A DNA stretch of 64,000 nucleotides, taken from contig NC_058368.1 of the NCBI RefSeq assembly GCF_018350175.1, positions 198,154,001-198,218,000 of the forward strand. The letters run 5' to 3'. Source of the stretch: Felis catus (taxonomy: Eukaryota). The first letter of the stretch is position 1, and each line of letters starts with the position of its first letter. Below, in pieces: positions 1-13,925 of the stretch. Position numbers and translations under genes: made by a program. Under the pieces are notes generated by a model. The model was not told the DNA's origin and searched no databases. It worked only from the letters and a program-made list of their open reading frames with translations.

Positions 1-475
1 CTCACAGCGGTAGTCTGACAGTTATGTATAAAAGGTGTTGAGTGGCATGGAATATATGGCAAAGATCGTGTCGTGGGATCAGGGAAATGATACTCAGAAA
101 AGAGCCCACTCTCCCCTGAGAGCTTGTGTATTCCATGAGAGAAAGATGGAACTATGGATTGGATATCCTTGCTGGCCCTGTGTCCAATAAACATCATAGT
201 GGAAAAGGACTTGAAAGGGACTTGAATGCGTGCCAGACAACTGTACTCTGATCCTTCCTCTGCCACTTAGGTTGATAATACCAGCTCCTCCTCATTGGCT
301 ATGCGCAATGTGCTGAGTGTTTCGCACAATGACGATCTCATTTAATCATCATACATTTGTATCTTCATTTGGTTGGTTCCGTCTTCAAAGAATGGTGAGA
401 CTAGTGGTCTTTGAGGATTCCTGGATGTGTCAGTTACAGAAAGGAGCCACAATTTCAGATAATTGAAAACGTACA

Positions 476-693
476 GGGGCGCCTGGGTGGCTCAGTCGGT
501 TAAGCGTCCGACTTCAGCTCAGGTCATGATCTCACAGTCCTTGAGTTCGAGCCCCGTTTCAGGCTCTGTGCTGACAGCTCAGAGCCTGGAGCCTGCTTCA
601 GATTCTGTGCCTCCCTCTCTCTCTGCCCCTCCCCTGCTCATGCTCTGTCTCTGTCTCAAAAATAAATAAAAACATTAAAAAATTGAAAAAGAA
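476..693 (+). mobile_element. CAN-SINE (SINEC_Fc-like)
   Basis: ggggcgcctgggtggctcagtcggttaag head, (ct)n tract and A tail. TSD gaaaacgtaca (465-475) / gaaaatgtaca (694-704). Confidence 0.95.
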
Positions 694-1005
694 GAAAATG
701 TACATGGTGAGCTCTCCCAGACAGTACAGTTTTTTCTATGCTTTACCATCCTCTGAATTCTATACCAGTCACCATCTGACACCTTATAATAACTGATTTC
801 TATTGGGTCTTGTAGTTGTTTGGGTGTATGTCCTACCTCCCTGGAGAGGAAGGAGTTGAAGCAGCTGGCCCATGATCCATTTTCTCTCCCCATTACTCGG
901 TGGGGTGGGGTGCTCCTAGGGCAAGAAAAGAAGGCAGGTGACCTGGTTGAATGTCCTTGTCAACACGATAAATGGACTTCCAGGAAATAGACTCATGGTA
1001 TTTCT

Positions 1006-1238
1006 TTTTTTTTTTTTTTTAATTTTTTTAATGTTTATTTATTTTTGACAGAGAGAGAGAGAGAGACAGAGCATGAGCGGGGAAGGGGCAGAGAGAGAGG
1101 GAGACACAGAATCGAAAGCAGGCTCCAGGTTCTGAGCTGTCAGCACAGGGCCTGACACGAGGCTTAAACTCACAGAGTGCGAGATCATGACCTGAGCCGA
1201 AGTCAGACGCTCAACCGACTGAGTCACCCAGGCTCCCC
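1006..1238 (-). mobile_element. CAN-SINE
   Basis: Reverse-complement SINE with a perfect 17-bp TSD agactcatggtatttct (989-1005, 1239-1255). Confidence 0.95.
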
Positions 1239-2547
1239 AGACTCATGGTATTTCTAAGGAGGAGAGTCTTCTTCTGTGAATTGCTTTTAACAGGATGTCT
1301 TTGGTTTGCTTAGGGAACATATCTGGTATTTATGGATTATGAAGCGTTGGTCCCTGGAGAGTGTCTTATAAGTGATACAATTTTCTTGGTTTTGAAATGG
1401 AGATACGTCATAACGTCCATACTCCCTGCTATTTAAGGTGATCTATGGCTGTCACTTAGAGACTTTATCTACACTGGCCAGAAAGCACATGTCTAATGTG
1501 GGAGAAAGGACCTGGGGGGGGGGGGCACATGGGATATTCCAGACCTCCTTGTCTTTTGTCTGGGCTTCCTGAATGCTTGTATCCTTGCATTGTTAATAAA
1601 GCTTGACAGTGGGTAAGATGTCTGATTCACGTGAGTTTGATTTGAAAATCCAACCCTTTGTGTTAGCTCACTCTCCTGTTGGACTGGAAGCTCATGGAAG
1701 GCCAGATCTCGGTGGGCATGACAGTGTGTCTTTACAAAGTAGCTGTTCAATAAATACACACAAATCAACATATTGAAGGATTGATGGGTTATAAGAAATC
1801 CAAAAGGGGAAGAGCCAATGGAAAATGTAGGAATATAAATTTATACAAAGAAGTGATGCGTTTTGCCAGTACTGGGACTATTACCGTACCGTTCTCTCTA
1901 CTCTGGGCATAATGTCTCTTAAATGTAAATGTAGCTTATTTCCACATTAAACTCAACATTTTTTGTATGAGTGCAGTGAAAACCGTAAAACGGTGTGGGC
2001 TTTTAGAGGTTTTTCCACTTAAATTGAATTATAGGGCTTGCAGACATATTTGAATGCTGCTTGACCATTTTGGTTCATAGCAGTTCATCAATCAATGGTT
2101 GTATGCAGTAGTGCCAAGTTTGACTTCCCTCGGCTTCTACCACAGTCATCATTTGCAGTTCAAATTGATCCCCATAGAGAAAAAGTAGTTTATGTCTTTC
2201 CCTAATGAACAAAGCAGCTTGTTCAGGCATGGGACCTCTGTTTGTTACATTGTGGTTTTAAATGTAAATATGGAGGGCATGTTCTCATGTTCACATGGGG
2301 CAAAAGCCTCTACATATGGGTTTACATGGGTGTTTAGGGACATGTCTAGGAACCATGTGCCTTTAAGTGTCTCTGCTGTGGACTATAACAGTGCCCCCCA
2401 GTCACCAACTCCACTGTCACCTCCTTATATCAAGGGAATCTTTTTTATTTCTCCAGAGAGGGCATCTGTAATCACTCAAGTGTAATGTAAAAATGGCAAC
2501 TTAATAATACAATGACTTGTTGACAGATAGAATAAGTAGTATCTCTT

Positions 2548-2960
2548 TAGGGTTTCCCACAAAAGGCAGACCTTTACATAAAGACTCCTGTGCAGGCAAT
2601 TTTCCCGGAAAGTGATTCCAGGTAGGTGGGAGGAAGGAGTGGAGGAAGTCAGACAGTGAAGAGAAAAAAAATCATTAAAAGTTGTACTAAAGAGAGAATG
2701 ACTGCTGTTGGCAATGAGGCCTCACTCCTGCTGAAGATCCTTTAAATGTAAAGAAGATGTACGAAATGCATATTAGAACTATTCCCTTGAGATCAGGTAC
2801 TAGTCCCCTGACATCCATCCTTCTATGGCTGAGGGTTTCCCTTGGGGTGTTTAATTCCTGGACCACCCAGGATGCCTATGCATGGGTGAGGCAAGTTCCC
2901 AAGGCACGGGAGAAAGGCCCAAGCAGAGGACAGCAGGATGGGAGTACCTGATGTGGGCAT
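2548..2960 (-). mobile_element. Old ERVL-type LTR fragment (LTR16/LTR33-like)
   Basis: gggtttcccacaaaaggcagacc...tgtgcaggcaatttt...gaaagtgattccagg resembles the reverse strand of ERVL LTR 3' ends. Boundaries approximate. Confidence 0.35.
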
Positions 2961-4139
2961 AATGCACAAGAGTGCCCACAGCAACTGCAGGTAAACTCGG
3001 GTGGGGTAAGACAGTCTGGGGTGGGCATCAGTGGTGTCTATCTCAGGTGGGTTATCCTGAGATCTAGAACAAAAGTGTGAAAGAACAAAGCAGAGATCAG
3101 GTCTGAGTTGTTTTGGGGAGAGGAGATAGAATGAGGAAGAGAAAAGTGAACAAAGTTGGGATAGCAGTCCCTGAAGACAGTTGAAGTGACAGCTCCAGCT
3201 TAAGTACACTGGGAGATGGAAGGAAACTAGAAGATACGCTTCGTAGCTGGTGTAGAAACTGCTCTGACCTTTTTGGTCCTTCTGTACTTTGGGGATTCCA
3301 TCAACATAATGACAGAGTAGGGCTGTGCTCCCTTGCCTCATCTCTCATCATTAGCTTGCTTGGTTCCTTAGTGCTGTCTTCCTCAGGCTATTGGGTACAT
3401 CCCTGTGGGTGTGGGGCCAAGTGCATGAGACCCACCTTTCCTCACTGTGGCTGGGCACAGGACACAGCTGCAAAACTAGTTAGCATTCACAACCCATTTG
3501 TTCTTCCTAATCCAGCTTTTAAACTTTTAGGATGATCTGGCCCCATGGATTCTTCTAGCATGACTGTAGAGTTTTATTTGTACTGATTCATCTGCATTTC
3601 ATTATTCCTTGCAACTTCTTTCTGTTGAATGCCTGTTTTAGACATCTACCCAAATCCTACCCAGGTCTTCACAATCTCCTGCCTAAAATATAGCAGTAGC
3701 CTCATAAATTATCTACGTGCCTTCCACTTTCCCTCCCCCAACTTTCTTCCCTACTTTCTACTCCATCAACAGATTAACTTTTTTCTAGCAGAACTCACAT
3801 CACTCCACTTTACTGCTCAAAAATATTCACTGTCTTTTTTTAGAGCAAATTTAAGCACAATTTCCAAACTTAGACATCAAGTTTTTTTTTTTTTATAATA
3901 TGACCCCAGCCCAACCATATTAAATGTTTCCCATTATGTCCCACTGTTAACATCACATTAGAGGTTGCACAGAGCCTGCAGCCTGCTTATTCACAATCTG
4001 TAGACTTTGTTCAGTTTGTCTTAAATTACTAATTTCAATTGCTGATTAAGGTTGTTAACTATTACTAATTCAAATTACCTGTTAAATCACTGCTTATCTT
4101 AAATTACTAATTCGTTGTTCACATTTAGACATTGAGGCA

Positions 4140-4178
<39 letters not shown>

Positions 4179-4279
4179 AATATAGATTTCTGGCTTCTCC
4201 TGAAACAGTGAAAGATTTGTCAAATTCCCTGGGATTCCCTACAGCTATCTCACAGTTGATCTTAGATGATGGCTAACAA

Positions 4280-4830
4280 TTGGGGCAAACAATAAACAAA
4301 AGCTTAAAAGGAAGTGCTGGAGAATAATGTATCTGTAGGTGCATTGAAACACCCCAACATATTCCTGAAAACCTAGATGACCATGTGCAGACATAGGGCT
4401 GTGTGCATGCTCATTAATGACACTTGGAGGCCCCAGTCTTTCACCTCTGGTTGACTTTGAGGCTCTGTGATTATAGGAAGTGAAGGTTAAGGCAGAGTTG
4501 TAAACTGAATGTCAAAGGCATGGCCCAATGCCACAGAGCCCCACAGCAAAGACTGGAAGATTTATTAGGTTCAAGCATTTAAGAATTCTGATTACAAAGC
4601 TGAGTAGAGACTTCAGGGATAACACGTGACAAAAAGTATATATTTTATGGCATTAGTTCAGAAGAGTCTCTGAATAAAGAACTATAAGGGCAGCAACAAA
4701 TGGGGGAAGGGAGATCTGATTTCCAGAGTTGCCAAATCACATTATTTTAAATGTCCAGATTTCAACCAAATTTGTGAGATATGTAGGGAAACAAGAAAGT
4801 CTGACCCAGGCACAGGAAAAAAAAAAAAGG
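4280..4830 (+). mobile_element. Ancient L1M 5'-region fragment
   Basis: atctgatttccagagttgcc...aaatgtccagatttcaaccaaa...aaacaagaaagtctgaccc resembles old L1MC/MD sequence upstream of ORF1. Recognised by eye. Confidence 0.45.
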
Positions 4831-5734
4831 CCATCAATTGAAACTCTGCTTTTCAAAGAGGGAGAAACGGCCATTTCTCCCCTTGTCATTTTCAACCTTT
4901 TGAATGTAAACCATTGATTTCAGGAAGAGAAAGGGGAAAGTCCCTTCCCAGGAATGCAAGCAAGTGTTTGGCTTTTGGGGAGATAGGTTTTACTCCTCTG
5001 TGAGTGGAAGCCTACCGCTTCAGATCTAAAAGCAGTTCATTTCTAGGGTTTGTCCTCTCGCTCAGGTTTTAGTTTCCTCTGCCTGAAAAGCCCTCACTGT
5101 GCAGGAAAAGGGGAAATATTTTCTCTGTCATTTCACAGTCGGGCCATGATGAGGACCACCAAAAGAATGCCTTAGGAGACATAGTAATTGCATGCTCTCA
5201 CTTCTCAGCTTGCCTCAACAGTCCCAGTTTATGCCTGCTGTAGTTCAATCAATGCTTGTTAATGATTTGTAAGTACCCAATTTCACTGGCAAAATTGTCC
5301 CAGTGTGATGATCAGTTATACCATCACCTGACCTAAAACACCACTGGAGCCCTTTACACAGAGAAAGGTGGAAGAAAGCCAGAGGGAAGGGGATGGGGCC
5401 TGCGGGTCCTTACTAATTCGTCAGCAGAATGAGTCACACATTCACAGTTCACAGAGCCTGATGTTTCATTTTATACAGCCAGTAGTTCAAACTTGACCCC
5501 ATACTTAATTAATAAAATGAGCTGTTTATGAGATAACTGTGCCATTTTGAATTGAATAAGTCACAGGGTAGGGGAAGTCTAAACTTCAGGAAGTTTTAGA
5601 AGGTAGATAAGCTTCAGCCACAGACAATAACACAGGAAATAGCACGAAATAGCATAGAAATGAACAAGCCCTGAATCACAGGTAAAAAAAAAAAAAAAAA
5701 AAAAAGCTCCTGGTCCATTTCAAAGATATGAGAC

Positions 5735-5743
5735 AAAGAAAAA

Positions 5744-5785
<42 letters not shown>

Positions 5786-5860
5786 AAAGGGAGGGAAGGA
5801 GGGAGGGAGGGAGGGAGGGAGGGAGGGAGGGAGGGAGGAAGGAAGGAAGGGAGGAAGGGA
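5735..5860 (+). repeat. Compound (GAAA)n-(GGGA)n-(GGAA)n pure polypurine tract
   Basis: 126 consecutive purines, read directly. Confidence 0.95.
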
Positions 5861-7109
5861 TGGTCCCAGGTCCCAGAAGAGTTTGACTTTCAGGGAAGCC
5901 CAAGAGTTGGTGAGTATTGACTCCGATCTGTATTTTCCCTCAGGAAACACTTTGATATGAATGATGCACCTGCGGAATATTAGGTTCTTTACATTACCTG
6001 AGCTAAGCTCTGATGTTGTTGAATCCCAGGGGGCAACCCTTCTGCTCTTCAGAGTGGAATGGTAAGATGTTGAGGAGATTATCCCAAAGCTTTCTTGTCC
6101 ATGGATCCTTCATAGATCCGTAAAGTCTTACCGGAAGCAACATTTCTGTGAGGCTCTCATTGATCTCCTTTGCCTCCTGGTTTCTCAAGCATTTTACCCT
6201 GACATCGACTGTAGATTGATCACATTTCGTTGTTTATATATGGCATCTGTCTTATACACTTACAGGGGCTAGGTCTTATTCACCATAGTAATGAGTACCT
6301 CAGCATTTGGCTACAAAGTATATGCAACATGGCTTATTAAAATGAAACAAAAGTAGTAAAATTCATTTTGTGCCTCTGTTTCCAGACATTTGTGTGCCTT
6401 TGTGCCAGAATCGTGCATCTAAGCCTTTAACGTAGCAATGCCTGTCCCATGCCTGTTTCCATCAGCAACCCACTGTTTGGGGACGTTGGCTTGAATTTGT
6501 GAGCCAGGAGAGCCTGGAGAAGAGATGTAAAAAAAGGGAAGGCTGTTAACTTCTCTCTCTCTGACCTTAGACATTTCTTTAGACATCTATTTTGGAATAA
6601 TAAGATAGTGGAGAACTAAGTCCAGCTTTTGGATTCTCTACCCACACGTACTCTTCTGTCCTTTATTCAACCACACACGTGAACTAAGTCCAGAAGTACC
6701 AGACGGCATGCTCCAACAGAAAGCCACCCAGTTTCTTCAATACCAGAAAGATGGAAAATGGGTCACAAAGTTGCTACTTGGAGGTGAGCCGCTCCATCAA
6801 GATGACTGGTGTTGGACTGTTGGAAGAAACCAAAATAACTCACTCGGATTGTTTGTTACAATGAAGAACCTTCCTGACCGATAGACCCTGTGTGAGATCT
6901 CCATTCTGTAGATAACTTTTTCTGTGTGTCAGTGAAAATAGTTGTCACTACCTCCAGGCTGACCTGGTTCCAACGGAAAGAGAGCTCCCTTCTCTCTCTC
7001 TCTATCCACACATCAGTGCCAAAACAGCTTTGATTATCACTGACCAACGGCTCTATTCTTGGACCAGTTATGGTTTCTGAAGTGATGAAATGGTGTGACT
7101 TAGTATTTG

Positions 7110-7295
7110 TGAGTATGAATTCTCAAGCCGCACTGTCTGGATTCAAATCTAGGCTCTAACATTTTCTACCTGGAATATATTGGACAGGCTACTTGACCTC
7201 CCCATGCCTCTGTTTATCCATATGTAAAATGGGAATAATAAACAGTACACTCTGCCTTACTGTGAGGAGCAAATGAGTTAACATGTAAAGTTAGA
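7110..7295 (+). mobile_element. MIR fragment
   Basis: ctggattcaaatctaggctct...ttggacaggctacttgacctccccatgcctctgtttatccatatgtaaaatgggaataat, the MIR core. Confidence 0.7.
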
Positions 7296-8249
7296 AGAGT
7301 GACGAGGAAAGCAAGTACTTACATAGCATTAGTCCAGCTGGGTCATCTGTCTATTACAGCGACTGAGAATATGTGCATGCTAGGAGATGTAATTGAAAGA
7401 AATACCAGAAGTAGGAATGTTTTCGCAATTCGCAAAGTACTTTTTATATCTCTTTTCTCATCTGATTCTTGTCTCAGTCCTGCAAGCAGGTCATAGAATA
7501 TGCAGAGCTCCGCTAGCCCTAGACCACATGATTAGTAAACAATAGGGATGAATCTTGAACCCAGAACTTAGAAACTTTCCAAGATACCCTGAGGGCTATG
7601 GAGGTCACCAGAGAGGGTGGCGATTATAGGCACAGACTGGCCCGAGCTGGATAATACAAGTCTTTGCAATCTATGATTTGAAGCCATCCTCAGGAAACGA
7701 TCTACTGGAGGCTGCAATGCAAGTAGCATCCTCTGTACTTCCGGGAGCTGACATCTAGAGGCACAAGCATTATGCCTTGTTTCCATCTGTTTCCGGGTCT
7801 CATTGGATTGATGTTTGGGGTGACCATGGCGTTTGATCTTTGGGGATATTATTCAGTGTTCTTAAGTCTATATAAAGAGTCTTATTAACTCAGTGGCACA
7901 AGCAGGTTGCAAATCCAAAATGATCCGGGCACAGAACACAATCCCTAATTCAAATGAGGCTTTGCCACCATTCTCTTCTTTACAAATCTGAATGCAGCGT
8001 ATCAACGTCGTTTCATTTACGCATAGCATCAGTAATCTTTAGGCAAGCTGGCATTCACTGCAGGTTAGAGTCAAGAACTTGGGCACCTGACCCAGATTTT
8101 GTTTTTTGTTTTTGTTTTGAGTATCAGATTAATTTTCCTTTGGGATACATGAAGGCAAATAGACATAAAACACAAAGGAAGGTTAATATGCTCATCTGGG
8201 ACCTTAAATTTGGGGATGAGGAAAAGGGAAAGTTGCAACTTCCTCCCTT

Positions 8250-8950
8250 CCCTGTTACACGTGCTGCTTCACCCACCAAGAGATGGGGTCTGTTTCCTTT
8301 CCATTTGAATATGAGCCAGACTTGTTATTTACTTTGGCCAACAGAATGGGTTAAATAACACTTAGCCGGTTCTAGGCCTACCTTTTTTTTTTTATAAATT
8401 TTTTTTTTACATTTATTTATTTTGAGACAGAGAGAGACAGAGCATGAACGGGGGAGGGTCAGAGAGAGAGACACAGAATCTGAAACAGGCTCCAGGCTCT
8501 CAGCTGTCAGCACAGAGCCCGACGCGGGGCTCGAACTCACAGACCACGAGATCATGACCTGAGCGAAGTCGGCAGCTTAACCGACTGAGCCACCCAGGCG
8601 CCCCTAGGCCTACCTTTTAAAAAACTAGGCAGTGTTTACTTTCCCCCAGGAAGCCAGATGCCATGCTGTAAGATGACCACAGGAGGAGCGATGAAGGGGC
8701 ACAGAGGTCTTATGACATCGTCCGCGGTCATATGTCTTGTGCATGTGGGTGAAGCTTTCTTGGGCCTTGTAGCCCAGCCCGGCTGCTACCTGGAGGCAGC
8801 TGAGTTAGTGACACTAGCCAATGCCTTGCGGAGCGGAGCGACCCAACCAAGTTCTAACTCAATATCTGATTCACAGGATTGTGAGAAAAGATAAATAATT
8901 GCTGTTTTAGCCAGTGAGGGTTGAGGTGGCTTGTTACAAGGCAATAGATC
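8250..8950 (+). mobile_element. MaLR LTR (MLT1F/G-like) interrupted by a SINE
   Basis: cccaccaagagatggggtctgtttcc...tttggccaacagaatg and a 3' end gataaataattgctgttttagcca...ggtggcttgttacaaggcaataga, typical of MLT1. Confidence 0.65.
8387..8604 (-). mobile_element. CAN-SINE inserted in the MLT1 LTR
   Basis: TSD taggcctacctttt (8373-8386, 8605-8618). Confidence 0.95.
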
Positions 8951-9961
8951 TTCCTGAAGCATGGAGTATCCCTCAGTAGTCCCCGAAGGGAACTCAGCCT
9001 GGTTTATATTCTTGACATGAATTCCAGAATGATGATGACAGTGGGAAGTTAACCAACACAAGAAAAAGTTGCAACGCAAGAAGGACGGTAGTACTTTCAA
9101 AGATGAAGCCCTAAGGCTTATAGCCTCTGTCCATGTTCCTCTTCTGAGATAGCAACTTCTGATCATTGAATAATGGCATTTTGCTGAGTTCATCGAAGTG
9201 AATCCAAATTCTTCATTCAATTCCACGTAAAAAGTACGTACTGAGCCCCTTCCTTGTACCAGATGCTCCCCTAGGAGCTGGAGGCAGAGAACTGGACAAG
9301 CGAGATGGGGCCTCTGCTCTAATGGAGCACACATTCCAGTAGCGGAGCCTGAGAAGAAATGACAAATATGCTGTCATAGAAGGCACAGGGAACAAAAAGT
9401 GGGAAGGGTTCGGTGAGGAAACCCTTTAGGTTGGTACAGGATGGGGACTAGGACCTGGCCACGTGCAAGGGCAAAGGGAGGTGAAAGGGACAGAGGAGGG
9501 CCAGACAGGGGCAGTAAGAGCAACAGAGACTGTCACTCAGGTGAGAAAGAGTGGGGCCCAGCTCTCCAGAGCTGAGGAGTCTATTGTCACACAGACTAGC
9601 ACAGGTTTGCTGCACTGTGCAAGCATTTCCAGGCACTCCTTGTTTTCAGTCTCCTTCTAGAATCAAAGCCCATTCACAAGCTCGAAATGATTGTGTGGCT
9701 GTTTCCTTTCTTTCTAGTCCAAGCCTCTTCCCTTCCAGATGTAGATTCCATTCTGCTTCTCTCGGCCCCTCAGGTCACTTCGTTTGCTCATTCAGGCAGG
9801 GTCCCATGGGCTCTGTTCCCAGCCATCCTATGAGCGGCTTTTTCTTTGGTCCTGGTGCTTAAACTTCCATTGTTTCCCTGGGTTCAGTTTCTTTCTTGAA
9901 TCAGCACAAGTGGATTCATTGTTATTCTCCTTCTGTCTTTCTTCCTGCCTCTTTTATTCCC

Positions 9962-10002
<41 letters not shown>

Positions 10003-13000
10003 GTGTCAGCAATATCCTTTTCTTCGTAAACCACTAGGGTTCTCCTTTGCAAAGCTTATATAGCTCTCTGGAATTTTTCTCCCAGAGTCATCAAACATGG
10101 ATTCTACCACTTATCCAAGATGATGAAACACTAAGTCACCTGTCTTATCTGAGATTCAGTTTCATCATTTATAAACTGGTAAAAATAATATCTGCCCCTC
10201 AGAGTTACGGCGCGGAATAAATGGATTTATACTCATGAAAATACTATTCAGACAGTTATCTCTTTACTCTTCCTGGGCAGGGAATCCAAAGTAGCCTGTA
10301 TCTGACGCCAGCATGAATCATGATACCAGAAAGGTTAAAACAACAACTACAAGAAAACACATCAGTCAAGTAGAAGCTGGTCGCTGTGAAAGGTAGCTTC
10401 AGCCTTAGGCAACTCTTCTAGATTATTTCGTGAACATCTAAGTGCTGGGGCCACTTGCTGGGTGGTCAGAATAGCACGATGGAGACAGTGGGGACTTAAT
10501 GAGTGCATTCCACTTCCGCGGATGTGGATGATGGCGGTGCTGATGGCGATCACATCCGAGGTCCTTGCGCGTGTGAAGTTTGGGGCGCCCAAGTGCCGCT
10601 GACAATTGCAAAGATTTAGCCATTTTTGTAATGGTGCTCTCTGAGGACTTCTCATACCTAGATTCAGTGATGAGTGGGCAATTCTTTCCCACTGATCTAG
10701 TTTTACTCTTTGGCTTTCCAATTTACTGCCTGGCTGCGGAGCTAATCAGCAGCTATTTGCAGTGGAGTCTTGCTGCTTGGCTGAACACTGAGCCTGACAG
10801 CTGTGTCTGGAGGGCCACAGGCGATTAACCACACGGCTTTCTTTCAATGAACCAATCTTCCAGGGACTCGTGATGGGCTGATGTCTTCTGAAATCATCTT
10901 GTGGGTTTGGATAGAGGACAATGGGCCACATTTCATGATTCAAGACACACGACCACCTTGACTGAACAGTCAAATTTCCAGACAAATAACCAGCAGAGTT
11001 TTAGGGGGAAAGCCAGGCGAAACAAGATAGTCCCTGCATCATCAAGTAATACAAACCCGTGGTCTTTGAGGCGTCTCCCGTGGCAGTTCAGGCTCCTGAG
11101 GAAAGTATACTGAGCCTTCCACGCTGCCAGGGTACAATTTAGTAAGCTACTGCCATGTTTCAATAAATTAACTAATGTTCTGGTGATAATTCATATCTGG
11201 AGATTAGTTTGATTCCAGCCTATTTTAAAGTAACCCTCGTTTCTCCAGGCGGTACAACCCGGCTCCAGTGGTAATGAAATAATAACCCCTGGTTCTGCTT
11301 CCAGAACCAGCAAAATCACTAGATCCTTAGTGGCGTCCATTGACACAGACTGAAAAATAATTCTCTATGTTCTTATGGACACCTGGGATCTGAAACATGA
11401 TTACTAATGGTTACGTACCACTCCCTCCTACCTCTTTGCCCTTGTTGGGCCTTCCAGTTTCTGGAAGATAAAGCTGCTTGGTGTCTTGATCAATGGGTGG
11501 TCTCAGAGTCAGAGCATAGGTTTATGTCCCAGCTTAGCGATGGGGCCCTGGGTGATCACCCACCCAGCCCCTCTGTGCCCAGGCTTGGTTCAAAGCTCCC
11601 CTTCTCTTACACTGTATGGGAACTAACTGGAATTTAAATAAAAACTTGAAAAAGGATAAAACAACAACAACAACAAAGTCCCCTTCTCCTCTCTTTACGT
11701 TCTTGCCCTTGGCACTCTCACAGCTAAAGCTATTAGTCTGCATCAATAATTCAACATGCATTGAACTAATATTTAGTGACTGCTCACCATGTGCCAGGCA
11801 CCGTTCTTAACGCTTGCTGAAACACACACACAGGCACACACCCGCGCCCACACGCGGCTTCTAGTGTCAGAAGATGGACAATAAACAGTCACTTGGGGTG
11901 GGGTTACTGTCACTTGAAAGTGAGGGGTTGCAGGAGGCCTCGCTGAGAAAATGGCGGTCAAGCAAAGTCCTACAGCGGGGAAGGGAGTGAAGCATAAGGC
12001 TGAGTGGAAGGAGAGGCTGTAAGCAGAGGAAGAGCCCAGGGCGGAGGCCGGGGTGCGGGTGGGCCTGGCCGACACGCGCTTCAGGCAGGAGGCTGGTGTT
12101 GCCGGAGCTGGGTCAGCAGGGAAGAGGCAGCGGAGCATGACGGCTGAGGATGATGACGGGGCCACTGTCCTTCAGGTGGGGCCAAGCAGGCAGGCCTCTG
12201 TGAGGACTTGGGTATTTACTCCGAGTGTGGAGGAAGGCCATGGCAGGGTCTGAGCTGAGGAGGGAATTGAATGACACTCTAGAAGGATAACAGGGTCTGC
12301 CCTATTGAGAACAGGTGGCAGGTGGGGGGAGGGGGGTGGGGGTACGGTGCCAACGCAGAAAAAGCCAAGCCGGTTAAGAGGCATCCACAATAATTGGGAC
12401 AAAAAGCGATGGTGGCTCCGACCAGGTAGTGTGGTATCAGAGGGAATGAAAAACAGTGAAACCTTGGATGATTTTTAAGTCATGGCCAACAGGATGGGTT
12501 TCTCTCCCAGACGCCAGCCCTATGGTTTTAAGCTGTGTCTGGGCAAGTCCATCTGGATGTCTTTTTAATGCTACAAGTGTATTGTGCCCCTAACCCCTCT
12601 CACTCTAAACACCTCCCCTCTGAGTTTTTTTGTTTTTTGTTTTTTTTTCCTGGACATAGACTCTTAGAAGCATATGAAAGTCTTCCTCACTCTCACATGT
12701 GCTAACTAGTTGGTAATTCTAGATTTTTTTTTTTTTCGGCCCCACGTTTCCTTTCCGGCCCTACTACCGTAACCGTAGTTAGACTTGCCTATCTCCCTCT
12801 GGAAGATTCAATGCCACAGATAGTGAGTGCCAGTGATGGGGAAGGCCTTGCTGGAAATGCAAGAGGGCGTTGGAGGCAATCCCAGCTCTCCAGGTGGCCA
12901 CCTAATAATGAGAGGAGACCACAGTGAGATGGGACGGCTCCAACTGGTCACGTGGCAACGCCCGCAGGGCTCAGAGCCCAGTCCCCTTAGAACCAGGGAG

Positions 13001-13474
13001 GGGCTGGTGCTCCCAGCACCCACAAAGGCTGAGCTGGCAGCGGAGGGCTGCTCCACTATCCTACCCCAGCTCTGGCCGAGTGCTTGCTCGGCCTGCGGCT
13101 TAAAATCCCACAGCCATTATCCCAGAAAGGCCTCCGTGTAGGGAAAGGGTCCTAATCTTTGCATCACATGCTCAGAGTTTGAGTCTCAGCTCTACCAGCC
13201 AGTCACCCCAGGCCTTTGATGCGTTGCTTAGTTCTCTCCAAGCAAGATTCCTGGAGCTTAAAGAGAATAACTAGAAAGTGGCTTGCACAGAGTCAGCTTC
13301 TGATAAACAATAATGAATTTGGACACCGGTTTTTCCTCCTTCTGATAAACCTTTGCAATCCTACTAGATTCTTTTTCCCCAAAACACAGCTCTTGGATTG
13401 TTTTTTAATTGACCTTAAAAAAAAAAAAAGCCTCAGTGGCGGGTAGAGAACGTGCATGCGTTTGTGTTGTAATA

Positions 13475-13647
13475 TTTATTATTGAAGTCTAGTTGACATG
13501 CAATGTTGTATTAGTCTCAGGTGTACAACATAGAGATTTTCCAGTTCCATACAGTACCCAGTGCTCCCGCATTTGTCACAGTATAACATTTCTGCAATAT
13601 TATGGACTATATTTCCTGTGCTGTATTTTTAATCTTCGTGACTTGTT

Positions 13648-13687
<40 letters not shown>

Positions 13688-13925
13688 GGAATTTTACTCA
13701 GCCATAAAAAAAGGATGCAATTTTGCCATTTGCAACAATATAGAAGGATCCAGAGGGTATAATGCTAAGTGAAATAAGTCAGACAGAGAAAGACAAATAC
13801 CATAGGATTTCACTTATATGTGGAATCTAAGAAACAAAACAAAAAACAAAAACAGACTCATAAACACAGAGTCTGGGGGACTGGGCAAACTAGGAGAAAG
13901 ATATTAAGAAGGACAAACATCTAGT
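13475..13925 (-). mobile_element. Truncated L1 (L1MA-type 3' end) with 5' inversion
   Basis: 13475-13648 is an antisense L1 3' terminus. 13685-13925 is sense L1 (tactcagccataaaaaa...gctaagtgaaataagtcagacagagaaagacaaatacca). A (CA)n run lies at the junction. Confidence 0.8.

Noticed and set aside
476..560. tRNA genes at SINE heads
   Set aside because: The A/B boxes belong to tRNA-derived SINEs, which continue into SINE body, (CT)n, poly-A and TSDs.
463..669. Recurrent small ORFs like AQSVKRPTSAQVMIS...EPASDSVSPSLSAPP
   Set aside because: Translations of CAN-SINE consensus sequence, not a gene family.
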